From Candidatus Pelagibacterales bacterium (GTDB taxonomy: Bacteria > Pseudomonadota > Alphaproteobacteria > Pelagibacterales > AG-422-B15): a stretch of 64,000 nucleotides of DNA. The notes under the pieces are model-generated. The model ran no database searches. It was given only the letters and a program-made list of their open reading frames with translations, and was not told the origin of the DNA. Each line of letters starts with the position of its first letter. Positions within the stretch are counted from its first letter, which is position 1. Made by a program: the position numbers and the translations under genes. Shown here one piece after another: positions 41,520-52,313 of this stretch. The DNA lies in the NCBI GenBank assembly GCA_028412835.1, contig JAONQW010000003.1:21028-85027 (forward strand), in the 5' to 3' direction.

Positions 41520-44333
41520 GTGCCAGAAAAAAAACACTTATTCTTAATTGATGGTTCTGGTTATATATTTAGAGCTTACTATGCTCTTCCTCCTCTATAC
41601 AGAAAAAGTGATGGCTTACCAACAGGTGCCGTTAATGGCTTTTGTAATATGCTTTTTAAGCTTATTGAAGATACCAAGTCAAATTCAAAACCGACGCACT
41701 TAGCTGTTATATTTGATAGCGCAAGAAAGACATTTCGCAATGATATTTATAGTGAATATAAAGCAAATAGAGGTGAACCACCTGATGATTTAATACCCCA
41801 GTTTCAAATCATAAAAGATTCGGTTAAAGCATTTGGAATTCCATCAATTGAATTACCTGGGTTTGAAGCAGATGACATAATTGCGACCTATGCAAAACAG
41901 GCAGCAGATAAAAAATGGAAAGTTTCAATCGTATCTTCAGACAAGGATCTTATGCAAGTGGTTACAGATGATATTAATTTAATAGATACAATGAAAAATA
42001 AATCAATTGGAATAGAAGATGTAAAAGAAAAATTTGGAGTTGCACCGAATCGCGTGATTGATGTTCAAGCATTAGCTGGCGATAGTTCAGACAATGTTCC
42101 AGGAGCACCAGGAATAGGCCTGAAAACTGCTGCATTATTAATAAATGAATATGATAATTTAGAAAATCTACTTGATTCTGCTGAGCAAATTAAACAAAAT
42201 AAAAGAAGAGAAAGCTTAATAGACAACAAAGATTTAATAAAAATAAGTAAGCAACTTGTTACTTTAAAAGATGATGTTTCCAATATTCAATCTTTGGAAA
42301 CTTTAGATATAAAAAATATTAATTATGCAACTTTATTACCTTTTTTGCATGATCTTGAGTTATTTAAACTTAAAGAAAGACTTACAAAAAAAAATCCTGA
42401 ATTACAAAAAATAAAGATAGCTGAAAAAAATAACGATATAAAAGCTAATGAGATTCAAAACAAAAGTGAGGATAATAAGGCAATAACTAACCATAACTTC
42501 TCAAAAAAAAGCAAATATATATCAATTACTAATTTAAAAGCTCTAGAGTTACTAATAAAAGACATTTACGCTCAAGGGTATTTTGTTTTTGATTTAGAAA
42601 CAGACTCTTTAGATATTATTGATGCAAATTTAGTTGGTATTGCCGTATGTCTAGATACTAAAAGATCTTATTATATTCCTCTTACGCATAAAGATAACCA
42701 AGGCAAATTAATTAAAGAACAAATTGAATTTAAAGAAGCCTTAAAGAATTTTAGTAAAGTATTAATTGATAAATCATTAATTAAAATTGGTCATAATATT
42801 AAATATGATATTGCTGTATTAAAAAAATATAACATCGAAACATTATCGTTTGAAGATACAATGCTAATGTCGTACATCAACGATGCTGGAAATCATCGCC
42901 ATGGCATGGATGAGTTGGCAAAAGTACACTTTAATCGTGACACTATAAAATTTAAAGACGTTGTTGGTACAGGAAAATCACAAATAACTTTTGATTATGT
43001 TGATATTGAAAAAGCTACTGAATATGCAGCTGAGGACGCTGAAATTACATTTAAACTTTACCTATTACTAAAGAATAAGCTTATTGAGGGAAAGAATACT
43101 AGTGCTTATAATTACTTAGAAAAATCTTTAGTACCATCAATTCTAGAAATGGAAACTAATGGTATAATGCTTAATACCAAATATTTACAATCCTTATCAT
43201 CAGAGTTTGAAAAAAAAATAAACATCCTAGAGAAAACAATTTTCAAATTATCTGGAGTTGAATTTAATATTGGATCTCCTAAACAATTAGGAGATGTTTT
43301 ATTTAATAAGCTTAGCTTAACGCCACCTAAAAAAACAAAAACAGGTGAATTTTCAACTGGTATTGAGGTTCTTGAGGATCTAGCGTTTGAAGGCAATAAA
43401 GTGGCTGAAGATCTAATTGCTTGGCGCCAACTATCAAAACTTAAAAATACTTACACAGAAGCTTTACAAAATCATATCAATCAAACCACACAAAGAATTC
43501 ATACATCTTATGCCATGGCTTCAACTAATACTGGCAGACTATCCTCGAGTGACCCTAACTTACAAAATATTCCAATACGGTCACCTGAGGGTAGGTTAAT
43601 TAGAAAAGCCTTTATTGCAAAAAAAGGCTATAAAATTTTATCAGCAGATTATAGTCAAGTTGAGCTAAGAGTATTAGCACATATTGCAAAGATAGAACCT
43701 TTGATAGCAGCTTTTAAAAATGGAGAAGATATTCATGCGTTAACAGCATCAGAAATTTTTGGCACTGATATAAAAAAAATAACACCCGATTTAAGAAGAA
43801 GAGCAAAAGCTGTAAATTTTGGAATCATATATGGGATCTCTGGCTTTGGTTTAGCCAAACAATTATCAATCACAAATCATGAAGCAAATAATTTTATAAA
43901 AAAATATTTTGATAAGTTCCCTGGTATAAAAAAGTATATGGAAGATACTAAAGCTTTATGTAGAGAGCAGGGGTTTGTTGAAACTCTATGCGGTAGAAAA
44001 TGTTTCTTTCCAAAAATAAAAGATAAAAATTTTGCATTTAGATCTTTTCAGGAGAGAGCAGCAATTAATGCACCAATTCAAGGAACAGCTGCTGATATAA
44101 TTAAACGAGCTATGATAAAAATTCACAAAAAAAACATTTCCAATAACAACGATTGTAAAATGCTATTACAAGTTCATGATGAATTAATTTTTGAGGTAAA
44201 AGAAAGTAAAATTGAAAAATACCAAGCATTGATTAGACAGGAAATGGAAAATGCTTTAGATCCATTACTAAGTCTTGAAGTACCCTTGTTGGTAGAATCA
44301 AGTTTTGGTGATAATTGGGATGAGGCTCATTAA
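41520..44333 (+). CDS. polA: DNA polymerase I
   Basis: A 5'-nuclease domain ('LIDGSGYIFRAYYA'), a 3'-5' exonuclease domain ('FDLETDSL') and polymerase motifs ('DYSQVELRVLAH', 'QVHDELIFE'). GTG start. Confidence 0.95.
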   Translation: MPEKKHLFLIDGSGYIFRAYYALPPLYRKSDGLPTGAVNGFCNMLFKLIEDTKSNSKPTHLAVIFDSARKTFRNDIYSEYKANRGEPPDDLIPQFQIIKDSVKAFGIPSIELPGFEADDIIATYAKQAADKKWKVSIVSSDKDLMQVVTDDINLIDTMKNKSIGIEDVKEKFGVAPNRVIDVQALAGDSSDNVPGAPGIGLKTAALLINEYDNLENLLDSAEQIKQNKRRESLIDNKDLIKISKQLVTLKDDVSNIQSLETLDIKNINYATLLPFLHDLELFKLKERLTKKNPELQKIKIAEKNNDIKANEIQNKSEDNKAITNHNFSKKSKYISITNLKALELLIKDIYAQGYFVFDLETDSLDIIDANLVGIAVCLDTKRSYYIPLTHKDNQGKLIKEQIEFKEALKNFSKVLIDKSLIKIGHNIKYDIAVLKKYNIETLSFEDTMLMSYINDAGNHRHGMDELAKVHFNRDTIKFKDVVGTGKSQITFDYVDIEKATEYAAEDAEITFKLYLLLKNKLIEGKNTSAYNYLEKSLVPSILEMETNGIMLNTKYLQSLSSEFEKKINILEKTIFKLSGVEFNIGSPKQLGDVLFNKLSLTPPKKTKTGEFSTGIEVLEDLAFEGNKVAEDLIAWRQLSKLKNTYTEALQNHINQTTQRIHTSYAMASTNTGRLSSSDPNLQNIPIRSPEGRLIRKAFIAKKGYKILSADYSQVELRVLAHIAKIEPLIAAFKNGEDIHALTASEIFGTDIKKITPDLRRRAKAVNFGIIYGISGFGLAKQLSITNHEANNFIKKYFDKFPGIKKYMEDTKALCREQGFVETLCGRKCFFPKIKDKNFAFRSFQERAAINAPIQGTAADIIKRAMIKIHKKNISNNNDCKMLLQVHDELIFEVKESKIEKYQALIRQEMENALDPLLSLEVPLLVESSFGDNWDEAH

Positions 44334-44336
44334 TTT

Positions 44337-45110
44337 ATGTCTGAAATTATAGTAGTTGTAACTGGTGGTTTTGATCCTTTGCATTCAGGTCATATAGTTT
44401 ATTTCGAAGATGCAAAAAAATTAGGCGACAAACTCATTGTTGGTATTAATTCTGATGAATGGCTAGTTAATAAAAAAGGTAGGCCTTTTATGCCATTATC
44501 AGAAAGAAGTGAAATTATAAAAAATCTTACTGTTGTGGATGAGGTTATTACCTTTGACGATCAAGATAATTCAGCATCGGATGCAATTAGAAAAGTTTTA
44601 GAAAAATATCCCAACAATAAAATTTTGTTTGCTAATGGTGGCGATAGGACTTCTGGCAATATACTTGAAATGGATGCATTTAAAGACCAGACAAATATTG
44701 AATTTGTATTTGGTATTGGTGGAGACTTTAAGAAAAATTCCTCGAGTTGGATTCTCGAAGAGTGGAAATCACCAATTGAAGAAAGACCGTGGGGATCATT
44801 TAAAGTTCTTGATGAAAAAAAAGAATACAAAATTAAAGAATTAGTAGTAAATCCTGGAGCCAGATTAAGTCTCCAATCTCATAAACAAAGAGAAGAAACA
44901 TGGGTAGTCTTAGATGGTGAAGCTACAATTACAATCAATGAAGATATTTTTATAAAAACAAAGAATGAAACTGTTCACATTCCACAAGGCGCTAAACATC
45001 GACTTGAAAATAAACAAGACAGTATTTTAAAGATTATTGAAATCCAAACAGGCTCATATTTTGGTGAAGATGACATTACAAGATATGATGATGATTTTAA
45101 TAGAGTTTAG
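44337..45110 (+). CDS. Fusion protein: HIGH-motif nucleotidyltransferase (RfaE-II/TagD-like) plus a type-II mannose-6-phosphate-isomerase-like cupin
   Basis: N-terminal half: 'VTGGFDPLHSGH', 'VDEV' and 'KKNSSSWI'. C-terminal half: 'RPWGSFKVL', 'PGARLSLQSHKQREETWVVLDGEA', 'IPQGAKHRLEN' and 'IEIQTGSYFGEDDITRYDD', as in ManC C-termini. Confidence 0.75.
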   Translation: MSEIIVVVTGGFDPLHSGHIVYFEDAKKLGDKLIVGINSDEWLVNKKGRPFMPLSERSEIIKNLTVVDEVITFDDQDNSASDAIRKVLEKYPNNKILFANGGDRTSGNILEMDAFKDQTNIEFVFGIGGDFKKNSSSWILEEWKSPIEERPWGSFKVLDEKKEYKIKELVVNPGARLSLQSHKQREETWVVLDGEATITINEDIFIKTKNETVHIPQGAKHRLENKQDSILKIIEIQTGSYFGEDDITRYDDDFNRV

Positions 45111-45120
45111 TCTAATAATT

Positions 45121-45144
45121 ATTAAATAATTAAATAATTAAATA
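45121..45144. repeat. Three perfect tandem copies of ATTAAATA
   Basis: Counted directly in the spacer between the fusion gene and the MFS gene. Confidence 0.9.
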
Positions 45145-45180
45145 AGACAATTCCCTCAAAATCTTGTTAAATAATGATGC

Positions 45181-46452
45181 ATGAAAACAAGATCACCATA
45201 CTTTTATTTATTTATATTTTTGTTTTTAAATGTACTCAATTTTATTGATAGAAATATTTTGTTTGCATTTGGCAATGAAATAAAAGCAGATTTTAATTTA
45301 ACTAATACTCAATGGGGCTTAGTTAGTGGAATTGTATTTTTATTTTTTTACGCAACCTGCAGTATATTCATTGGAGCATTGGGAGACAGACTTAGTAGAA
45401 CTAAAATAATAGCAATTGGATTACTTTTATGGAGTTCAATGACAGCATTAACAGGCATGGCTAAAAATGTATTTTTATTATTTTTATCTAGGGCATTTAT
45501 TGGTGTTGGTGAATCTTCTTTAACTCCAAGTGCAATGTCGATGCTAAGTGATGTATTTCCTCGAGAAAAACGTGGTATGGCAGGTGGAATCTATTATTTC
45601 GGAATTCCACTTGGAGTTGGACTAGGTTTTTTAATTCAAGCATCTCTGGGACCTATTTTTGGCTGGAGGAACATATTTATAGGACTTGGTGTTCTAGGTG
45701 CTCTGGTAAGTATATTTATTTATTTTTTGACCGAACCCATTCGGGGTGAAATTGATGGCAGCCAAAATCAAGAGAAAAGCGCATCACTTAAAGATAGTTT
45801 AAAAGATACCTATAAAGCTATTATCTCATCTAAATCTCTTTTTTTTGTAATTTTAGCTGGGACACTTAACAATATTCCAATTGGTGTAGGAAGTTTTGAT
45901 TCAATCTGGGCTGTTCAGGAAAGAGGTTTTACAGCTGTGGAATATAACAGTTTATTTGGACTATATTTCATAATAGGTGGTGGCATAGGAACTATTGTTG
46001 GAGGTTATTTATCTGACTTATTAGGTAACAAGTTAAAAGGTGGTCCAATGCATTTTTTATTTTACTCTTATCTAATAATGACACCTATAATTATATTATA
46101 CAGGATAGTGCCCCCAGATAGTATTTGGTTTTATATTTCATTATTTTTTATATCTATAAATATTTCTTTTTTTTATGGAGCTGTATTTTCCACAATTCAA
46201 AACTTAACTTCTACTAAAATTAGGGGCACAGTGATTGGACTTTGGGTATTAAGTGTTAATATATTTGGTATTGCTCTAGGGGCATTCTTAACTGGTTTTT
46301 TTGCAGATAATGTATTTAATAATTATCAAGAACCGTTAACGATAACAATGATAGTAATGGGTGGTTTTGGTGTATTAGCCATGATTTGTTATTATTTAGC
46401 AGGTATTTGGTATAGAGAAGATCTTGCAAAAGTTAATGAAGATTCTAACTAA
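45181..46452 (+). CDS. MFS transporter
   Basis: 423 aa with about 12 hydrophobic segments and a '[11 protein letters not shown]' loop 2-3 motif. Confidence 0.85.
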   Translation: MKTRSPYFYLFIFLFLNVLNFIDRNILFAFGNEIKADFNLTNTQWGLVSGIVFLFFYATCSIFIGALGDRLSRTKIIAIGLLLWSSMTALTGMAKNVFLLFLSRAFIGVGESSLTPSAMSMLSDVFPREKRGMAGGIYYFGIPLGVGLGFLIQASLGPIFGWRNIFIGLGVLGALVSIFIYFLTEPIRGEIDGSQNQEKSASLKDSLKDTYKAIISSKSLFFVILAGTLNNIPIGVGSFDSIWAVQERGFTAVEYNSLFGLYFIIGGGIGTIVGGYLSDLLGNKLKGGPMHFLFYSYLIMTPIIILYRIVPPDSIWFYISLFFISINISFFYGAVFSTIQNLTSTKIRGTVIGLWVLSVNIFGIALGAFLTGFFADNVFNNYQEPLTITMIVMGGFGVLAMICYYLAGIWYREDLAKVNEDSN

Positions 46453-48022
46453 TTATTGGTCCGGCCGATTTAATATCTTCATCAACATCTGCCTCAAATT
46501 TTTTGAAGTTTTCAATAAACATATTAATAAGTTTGTTAGCTTGAGTATCGTAAGCTTTAGGATCTACCCAAGTATTTCTTGGGTTAAGTATTTGTGAGTC
46601 AATGCCATCAATAGATGTAGGCACCATAAATCCAAAATTTTTATCTTTTCTCATTTCAATTTTAGATAAATTTCCTGAAAGCGCTTCGTTTAATAAATGT
46701 CTTGTATTTTTAATTGAAATTCTCTCTCCGACACCATAAACACCACCGGACCAACCTGTATTCACCAACCAACAATCAACACTAAATTCAGAAATTTTCT
46801 TTTTTAGCAAATTTCCATATTCAATAGGATTACGAGGCATAAAAGGTGCTCCAAAACAAGTTGAAAAAGTTGCTGTTGGCTCTGAACTTAAACCCATCTC
46901 TGTTCCAGCTACTTTAGCAGTATACCCAGATAGAAAGTGATACATTGCTTGAACAGGGGTTAGTTTTGCTATAGGTGGTAAAATGCCAAATGCATCAGCA
47001 GTAAGCATAATAATATTTTTTGGGTGAGAAGTTTTACCTGACATTGTAACCCCTGGAATGAAATCAAGTGGATATGCACCTCTCGTATTTTCAGTTATTG
47101 AGTTATCATCTAAATCTAGATCACCATCAGCTGTCATCACTACATTTTCAATTACACTATTTTTCATTCGTGTAGTTGCAAATATTTCAGGCTCAGCTTC
47201 TTTTGATAGCCTTATAAGCTTTGCATAGCAACCACCTTCAAAATTAAACAGGCCATCATCTGACCATCCATGCTCATCGTCACCTAGCAATGATCTATTT
47301 GGATCAGCGCTTAAAGTTGTTTTACCTGTGCCAGATAAGCCAAAAAAAACCGCAGAGTCACCATCCTTTCCTGTATTAACTGAACAGTGCATTGGCATTG
47401 TATTGCTGTCAGGAAGAAGATAATTTAACAAAGTAAAAACTGATTTTTTTGTTTCACCTGCGTATTGAGTACCTCCAATTAGTATAATTTTTTTATCTAA
47501 ATTAATTGCAATAACTGTTTCACTATTAATACCATAAGTTGATGGGTCTAACTTGAGATGAGGAAAATTAATAATTGTAAACTCACTAGAAAAGTTTTCT
47601 AATTCATTTTTTGTTGGACGTACCAACATGTGGCGGGAAAATAATCCATGCCATGCAAATTCTGTAATTATTGTAACAGGTAATGCAAAGTCTCTATCCG
47701 CACCACCATAAAGATCATGTACGTACAATTCTTTTTCTTGCGCATAAGCTTCAAAAGCTTTTAATATCTTATTGAAATTTTCTTCACTTATAGCAACATT
47801 TGTATCCCCCCAATGAATCTTATCTTGAGAATCCTTTTCTTTAACAAAAAATTTATCATTTGCAGAGCGACCTGTTTTTTCTCCAGTAGTAACTACAAGC
47901 GCTTCATACTTAGAAGCTTTACCTTCACCTGCGCTAATGGCAGCGGCATAAAGTTCATCAGAAGAAAGATTTCTTCTGATATTTGAGGTGGCTAAAATTT
48001 TACTATTTATTGGATTTTCCAT
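46445..48022 (-). CDS. pckA: Phosphoenolpyruvate carboxykinase (ATP)
   Basis: Kinase-1a 'GLSGTGKTT' and 'DDEHGW'. I prefer the Met at 48022 (MENPINSK...) over the track start at 48046. Divergent from chvI as in other alphaproteobacteria. Confidence 0.95.
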   Translation of the reverse strand: MENPINSKILATSNIRRNLSSDELYAAAISAGEGKASKYEALVVTTGEKTGRSANDKFFVKEKDSQDKIHWGDTNVAISEENFNKILKAFEAYAQEKELYVHDLYGGADRDFALPVTIITEFAWHGLFSRHMLVRPTKNELENFSSEFTIINFPHLKLDPSTYGINSETVIAINLDKKIILIGGTQYAGETKKSVFTLLNYLLPDSNTMPMHCSVNTGKDGDSAVFFGLSGTGKTTLSADPNRSLLGDDEHGWSDDGLFNFEGGCYAKLIRLSKEAEPEIFATTRMKNSVIENVVMTADGDLDLDDNSITENTRGAYPLDFIPGVTMSGKTSHPKNIIMLTADAFGILPPIAKLTPVQAMYHFLSGYTAKVAGTEMGLSSEPTATFSTCFGAPFMPRNPIEYGNLLKKKISEFSVDCWLVNTGWSGGVYGVGERISIKNTRHLLNEALSGNLSKIEMRKDKNFGFMVPTSIDGIDSQILNPRNTWVDPKAYDTQANKLINMFIENFKKFEADVDEDIKSAGPIIS

Positions 48023-48178
48023 AATTTTGAAGGGTAAATAAAACATATTATGAATATTTTGTTAAGGTAAAATATGACTTATGTGGAAAAATATGGGTAT
48101 AATAGAATTAAGATGAAACCTAAAATTTGAAGTAAATTAAGCCTTAAAATAAACATCTTTATAAAACATGTTTAACAA

Positions 48179-48889
48179 ATGAATAGTAAAAATAAACCAT
48201 TAATTGCCCTAGTTGATGATGATAGAAATATCCTAATGTCTATGGAGGAGCTTTTAAAAAAGGAAGATTTTAATATTCATACATATAGTGATGGACAGTC
48301 AGCTTTAAATAGTTTTTTTAAGCATCCACCAGATATTGCTGTTATTGATATTAAGATGCCAAGAATGGATGGCTATGAATTATTTAAAAAAATAAGAGAA
48401 AAATTAACAATTCCAGTGATTTTTTTAACATCTAAAGATAAGGAAATAGATAGACTAAAAGGGTTAATGCATGGTGTTGACAATTATGTAACAAAAGGTG
48501 GTAACCTTACTATTCAAATTTTAATTGAAACTATTAAAAATACTTTAAAAACTATTCAGACTATTTCTGAAAAAAATGAAAAAAGTAAAATAATTGTGCA
48601 TAATGAACTTAGGTTAGACACCGAAAGACAAGAGTGCGAATGGAAAGATGTTTTATTGCACGATCCATTAACTACTACAGAATTTAAGATTATTCATGAA
48701 TTGGTTGTGAGACCGGGTATTGTTAAAACTAGAGAAAGACTTATGGATATAGCTTATAAAGATGAAATTGATGTGGATGATAGAACAATAGATAGTCATG
48801 TTAAGAGAATTAGAAAGAAGTTTAAGAAAATAGATCCAGAATTCAATTCAATTCACACACTATATGGATCAGGATATCAATGGAAATAA
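48179..48889 (+). CDS. chvI: OmpR-family response regulator, ChvI/BvrR-like by synteny
   Basis: Receiver domain ('LVDDD', 'VIDIKMPRMDG') plus a winged-helix output domain ('LTTTEFKIIHELV', 'RTIDSHVKRIRKKF'). Lies between pckA and a sensor kinase. Confidence 0.7.
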   Translation: MNSKNKPLIALVDDDRNILMSMEELLKKEDFNIHTYSDGQSALNSFFKHPPDIAVIDIKMPRMDGYELFKKIREKLTIPVIFLTSKDKEIDRLKGLMHGVDNYVTKGGNLTIQILIETIKNTLKTIQTISEKNEKSKIIVHNELRLDTERQECEWKDVLLHDPLTTTEFKIIHELVVRPGIVKTRERLMDIAYKDEIDVDDRTIDSHVKRIRKKFKKIDPEFNSIHTLYGSGYQWK

Positions 48890-48917
48890 ATTCAAATGTT
48901 TATTAGAATAGTCTCAT

Positions 48918-50468
48918 TTGAACAGTCTCTTTAAAAAATTTTTACTCTATAATATAATTAGTCTTGGTCTAATTGCAGGAATAGTGTCTTTTACACTTCA
49001 GGCCTCTCAAAAAAATCTAATTGATGAAAAGGTTCAACAAGTAAGCAACCACTCTTCGTCAGTTGATAAATACCTTAGTCAATATAGCTATAATAAAAAT
49101 ATAATTGAATTACTTCAAGACTTCAGAATTACAAAGGAAATTAATTCAAAATTAGAAAACAAAAATATTTCCATAATAATTTTAGATGATTTCAAAAATA
49201 TATTATTTGATTCTAAAGGCTATGACTTAAATAAAGATGCTTTTTCTAATAAAAATTTGGTTATAATTGGAGATGAGGATGAGAACCTCTCTCTCATTGA
49301 CAATCAAAATGAGATTCTTGGACGAGCTTTTATCAATAAAGATATATTCAATTCAAAGCTTAAAGAAATTACAACTAACAATAATCAAAACTTTATAATT
49401 AAATCAAATTCAAATTTTGAAAAAAATAAAATTGAACTTATCTCAATTAAGCGAGCTACGAATCATGATAAAAATATTTATATTATTGCTTATGAAGACA
49501 ATAGAGATATTCAAAAAGTAATTAATGATAATAGAACAAGTATTTTGATTGGAGCTATACCAATTATGATAATACTTTTATTATTTTCTATATTTTTATC
49601 ATCAGTTGTAATTTCTCCAATAAAGCAATTGGCAGATTCTGCAAAAAATATTCAAACAAAGACTAAATCTACCTTAAAGATGATTAATCTAAATAAAAGA
49701 AAAGATGAAATTGGTGACCTATCAAAAATTTTAGCTGAAAAAGTAGAAAGCTTAAAAGACAAAATTGAAGAGAATGAGGAATATTCAGCGGACTTAATGC
49801 ATGAAATAAGAAATCCGCTCACATCAATCAAGATGGCTACTGAAGTTATGAGTAATGGAGATATTAATATTCAAAGTAAATTTATTACAGCCATTCAAAA
49901 CGATGTTGCTAGAATTGAAGCTATTATAACTGATTATTCCATAATGATGAAAGATGAGGCATTAATGTCCGATCTTCAAAATAATAAAATAGATATTCAA
50001 AAATTATTAGAAAATATTATTTTAGATTGTAGTAATATTAATACTAAAAATTTAGATTTTAAATTAATAAAAAGTCATAACATAAATAAAACTTTTTATG
50101 TAAATGGACATGAAGAGTTTATTAAAAGAGCGCTTCATAATATATATGACAACGCAATTTCTTTTTCGCCAAATGATAATACTATTGAAACAACTATCAG
50201 TTTAGCCTCAAGTTATCTTACAATTACAATTGCTGACAATGGACCTGGAATAGAAGAATTAAATACTGAAAATATATTTAATCGATTTTATACATTTAGA
50301 GAGCCTAATAATTTAGAAGCTACTAGTCATTCTGGCTTGGGTTTACACATTGCAAGGCAAATTATTGACGCACATCAAGGGAACGTAAGAGCAGAAAACC
50401 AAGCTGGAACTAATGAATCAAATGGAGCAAAATTCATTGTTAATCTTCCAATAATTGCAGAGAATTAA
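48918..50468 (+). CDS. chvG: Sensor histidine kinase, ChvG/ExoS/BvrS-like by synteny
   Basis: Two TM segments flank an N/K-rich periplasmic region, followed by HAMP, H-box 'MHEIRNPLTSI', N-box and G-boxes ('DNGPGI', 'GLGLHIA'). TTG start. Confidence 0.65.
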   Translation: MNSLFKKFLLYNIISLGLIAGIVSFTLQASQKNLIDEKVQQVSNHSSSVDKYLSQYSYNKNIIELLQDFRITKEINSKLENKNISIIILDDFKNILFDSKGYDLNKDAFSNKNLVIIGDEDENLSLIDNQNEILGRAFINKDIFNSKLKEITTNNNQNFIIKSNSNFEKNKIELISIKRATNHDKNIYIIAYEDNRDIQKVINDNRTSILIGAIPIMIILLLFSIFLSSVVISPIKQLADSAKNIQTKTKSTLKMINLNKRKDEIGDLSKILAEKVESLKDKIEENEEYSADLMHEIRNPLTSIKMATEVMSNGDINIQSKFITAIQNDVARIEAIITDYSIMMKDEALMSDLQNNKIDIQKLLENIILDCSNINTKNLDFKLIKSHNINKTFYVNGHEEFIKRALHNIYDNAISFSPNDNTIETTISLASSYLTITIADNGPGIEELNTENIFNRFYTFREPNNLEATSHSGLGLHIARQIIDAHQGNVRAENQAGTNESNGAKFIVNLPIIAEN

Positions 50469-50531
50469 CTATTGAAATAATGCTATACAAGATTTAAATA
50501 CATACTATTCAAATTACTCTGGAGTTAATTA

Positions 50532-51827
50532 ATGACTGATATTCAAGATTATAAAGTAGCCGATATGTCTCTTGCAGACTGGGGAGATAAAGAAATAGCT
50601 ATAGCAGAAACTGAAATGCCAGGACTAATGGCTCTAAGAAGTGCATATGGCAACGACAAACCTCTAAGTGGAGCTAGAATAATTGGTTGTCTTCATATGA
50701 CAATTCAGACTGCAGTTTTAATCGAAACTTTAGTGGCACTTGGTGCAGAAGTTAGATGGTCATCTTGCAATATTTTTTCAACACAAGATCAGGCGGCTGC
50801 TGCAATTGCAAGAAAAGGTATACCTGTTTTTGCATGGAAAGGTGAATCAGAAGATGAGTATTGGGAATGTATAGAAAAAACAATAACTGGAAAACCAGGC
50901 TGGACTCCTAATTTATTACTTGATGATGGCGGCGATCTTACAGATTACATGCATAAAAAATATCCCAATCTTATGAAGGATATTAAAGGTGTATCAGAAG
51001 AAACAACTACAGGAGTTAAGTCGTTAAAAGAAATGGTTGCTAAAGGTGAACTAATGATACCAGCTATCAATGTTAATGACTCTGTTACTAAATCAAAATT
51101 TGACAATTTATATGGTTGTCGTGAAAGTTTAATTGATGCCCTTAAAAGAGCAACAGATGTAATGCTTGCTGGTAAAACATGTATAGTAGCTGGTTTTGGC
51201 GATGTTGGAAAAGGCAGTGCAGCTGCGTTAAGAGGACAAGGTGCAAGAGTTTTAATTACAGAAGTGGATCCAATTTGTGCGCTACAAGCTGCCATGGAAG
51301 GTTATCAAGTTGTAAATATGGAAGATGTAGTTGGTCAAGCTGATATTGTTGTAACAGCAACAGGAAATAAAGATATTGTTACTATTGACCATATTAGAGA
51401 AATGAAAGATCGATCTATCTTATGTAACATTGGGCACTTTGACTCTGAAATTCAAATTGATGCATTAAGAAATCATAAATGGCACAATGTTAAACCACAA
51501 GTCGATGAAGTAGAATTTCCAGATGGCAAAAGAGTAATTGTTTTAGCTGAAGGAAGATTGGTTAACCTTGGATGTGCTACTGGACATCCAAGTTTTGTTA
51601 TGAGTGCATCTTTTACAAACCAAGTGCTTGCACAAATAGAGTTGTGGGAAAATACTGATAAGTATAAAAATGAGATTTATGTACTTCCTAAACACCTTGA
51701 TGAAAAAGTTGCTATTCTTCATTTAGATAAACTAGGTGCAAAGTTAACAAAGTTGTCAAAAGATCAAGCTGATTACATTAATGTTGATCAAGCTGGTCCA
51801 TTTAAACCTGATGCTTATCGTTACTAG
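50532..51827 (+). CDS. ahcY: Adenosylhomocysteinase
   Basis: Has '[10 protein letters not shown]', '[22 protein letters not shown]', 'GFGDVGKG' and C-terminal 'PFKPDAYRY'. Confidence 0.97.
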   Translation: MTDIQDYKVADMSLADWGDKEIAIAETEMPGLMALRSAYGNDKPLSGARIIGCLHMTIQTAVLIETLVALGAEVRWSSCNIFSTQDQAAAAIARKGIPVFAWKGESEDEYWECIEKTITGKPGWTPNLLLDDGGDLTDYMHKKYPNLMKDIKGVSEETTTGVKSLKEMVAKGELMIPAINVNDSVTKSKFDNLYGCRESLIDALKRATDVMLAGKTCIVAGFGDVGKGSAAALRGQGARVLITEVDPICALQAAMEGYQVVNMEDVVGQADIVVTATGNKDIVTIDHIREMKDRSILCNIGHFDSEIQIDALRNHKWHNVKPQVDEVEFPDGKRVIVLAEGRLVNLGCATGHPSFVMSASFTNQVLAQIELWENTDKYKNEIYVLPKHLDEKVAILHLDKLGAKLTKLSKDQADYINVDQAGPFKPDAYRY

Positions 51828-51854
51828 TTTATAAATTAATGTTACAATCTAATT

Positions 51855-52313
51855 ATGATTGTTCTTAAGGAAGAAGATACTCGTAAAACTGCAATTAGGT
51901 TTGCTAAATCAATTTCAAAAAATTGTGTAGTTTGTCTTAACGGTGATCTTGGCGCAGGAAAAACAACCTTTTCACGCTATTTTATTCAGGCTCTTATAAA
52001 AGACAAAAAAGTAACAGGGGAAATACCAAGCCCAACTTTTTCATTATTACAAACCTATAAAGATAAAAATTTTATAATTAATCATTATGATTTTTATAGA
52101 CTAGAAAATAGTGATGAATTAATAGAACTAGATTATGGAAATTCAATTTCCACAGGTATTTGTATTATAGAGTGGGCAAATAAATTCCCCATGGCTTTAC
52201 CAGATGATCGTATTGAAATTAATATTGACTTAATTAATAAAGACAAAAGATCAGTAAATTTTATTTTTTTTGGAAATACAGCTAAGAAAGAATTAGAGTG
52301 GTGCCAAGAATAG
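51855..52313 (+). CDS. tsaE: t6A tRNA modification ATPase TsaE (YjeE)
   Basis: Has 'LNGDLGAGKTTFSR', 'PSPTF' and 'HYDFYRL'. Confidence 0.85.
   Translation: MIVLKEEDTRKTAIRFAKSISKNCVVCLNGDLGAGKTTFSRYFIQALIKDKKVTGEIPSPTFSLLQTYKDKNFIINHYDFYRLENSDELIELDYGNSISTGICIIEWANKFPMALPDDRIEINIDLINKDKRSVNFIFFGNTAKKELEWCQE

Noticed and set aside
50945-51295. A 116-aa minus-strand ORF inside ahcY.
   Set aside because: It is antisense to one of the most conserved genes in the window. The relatively GC-rich codons of ahcY suppress stops on the opposite strand.
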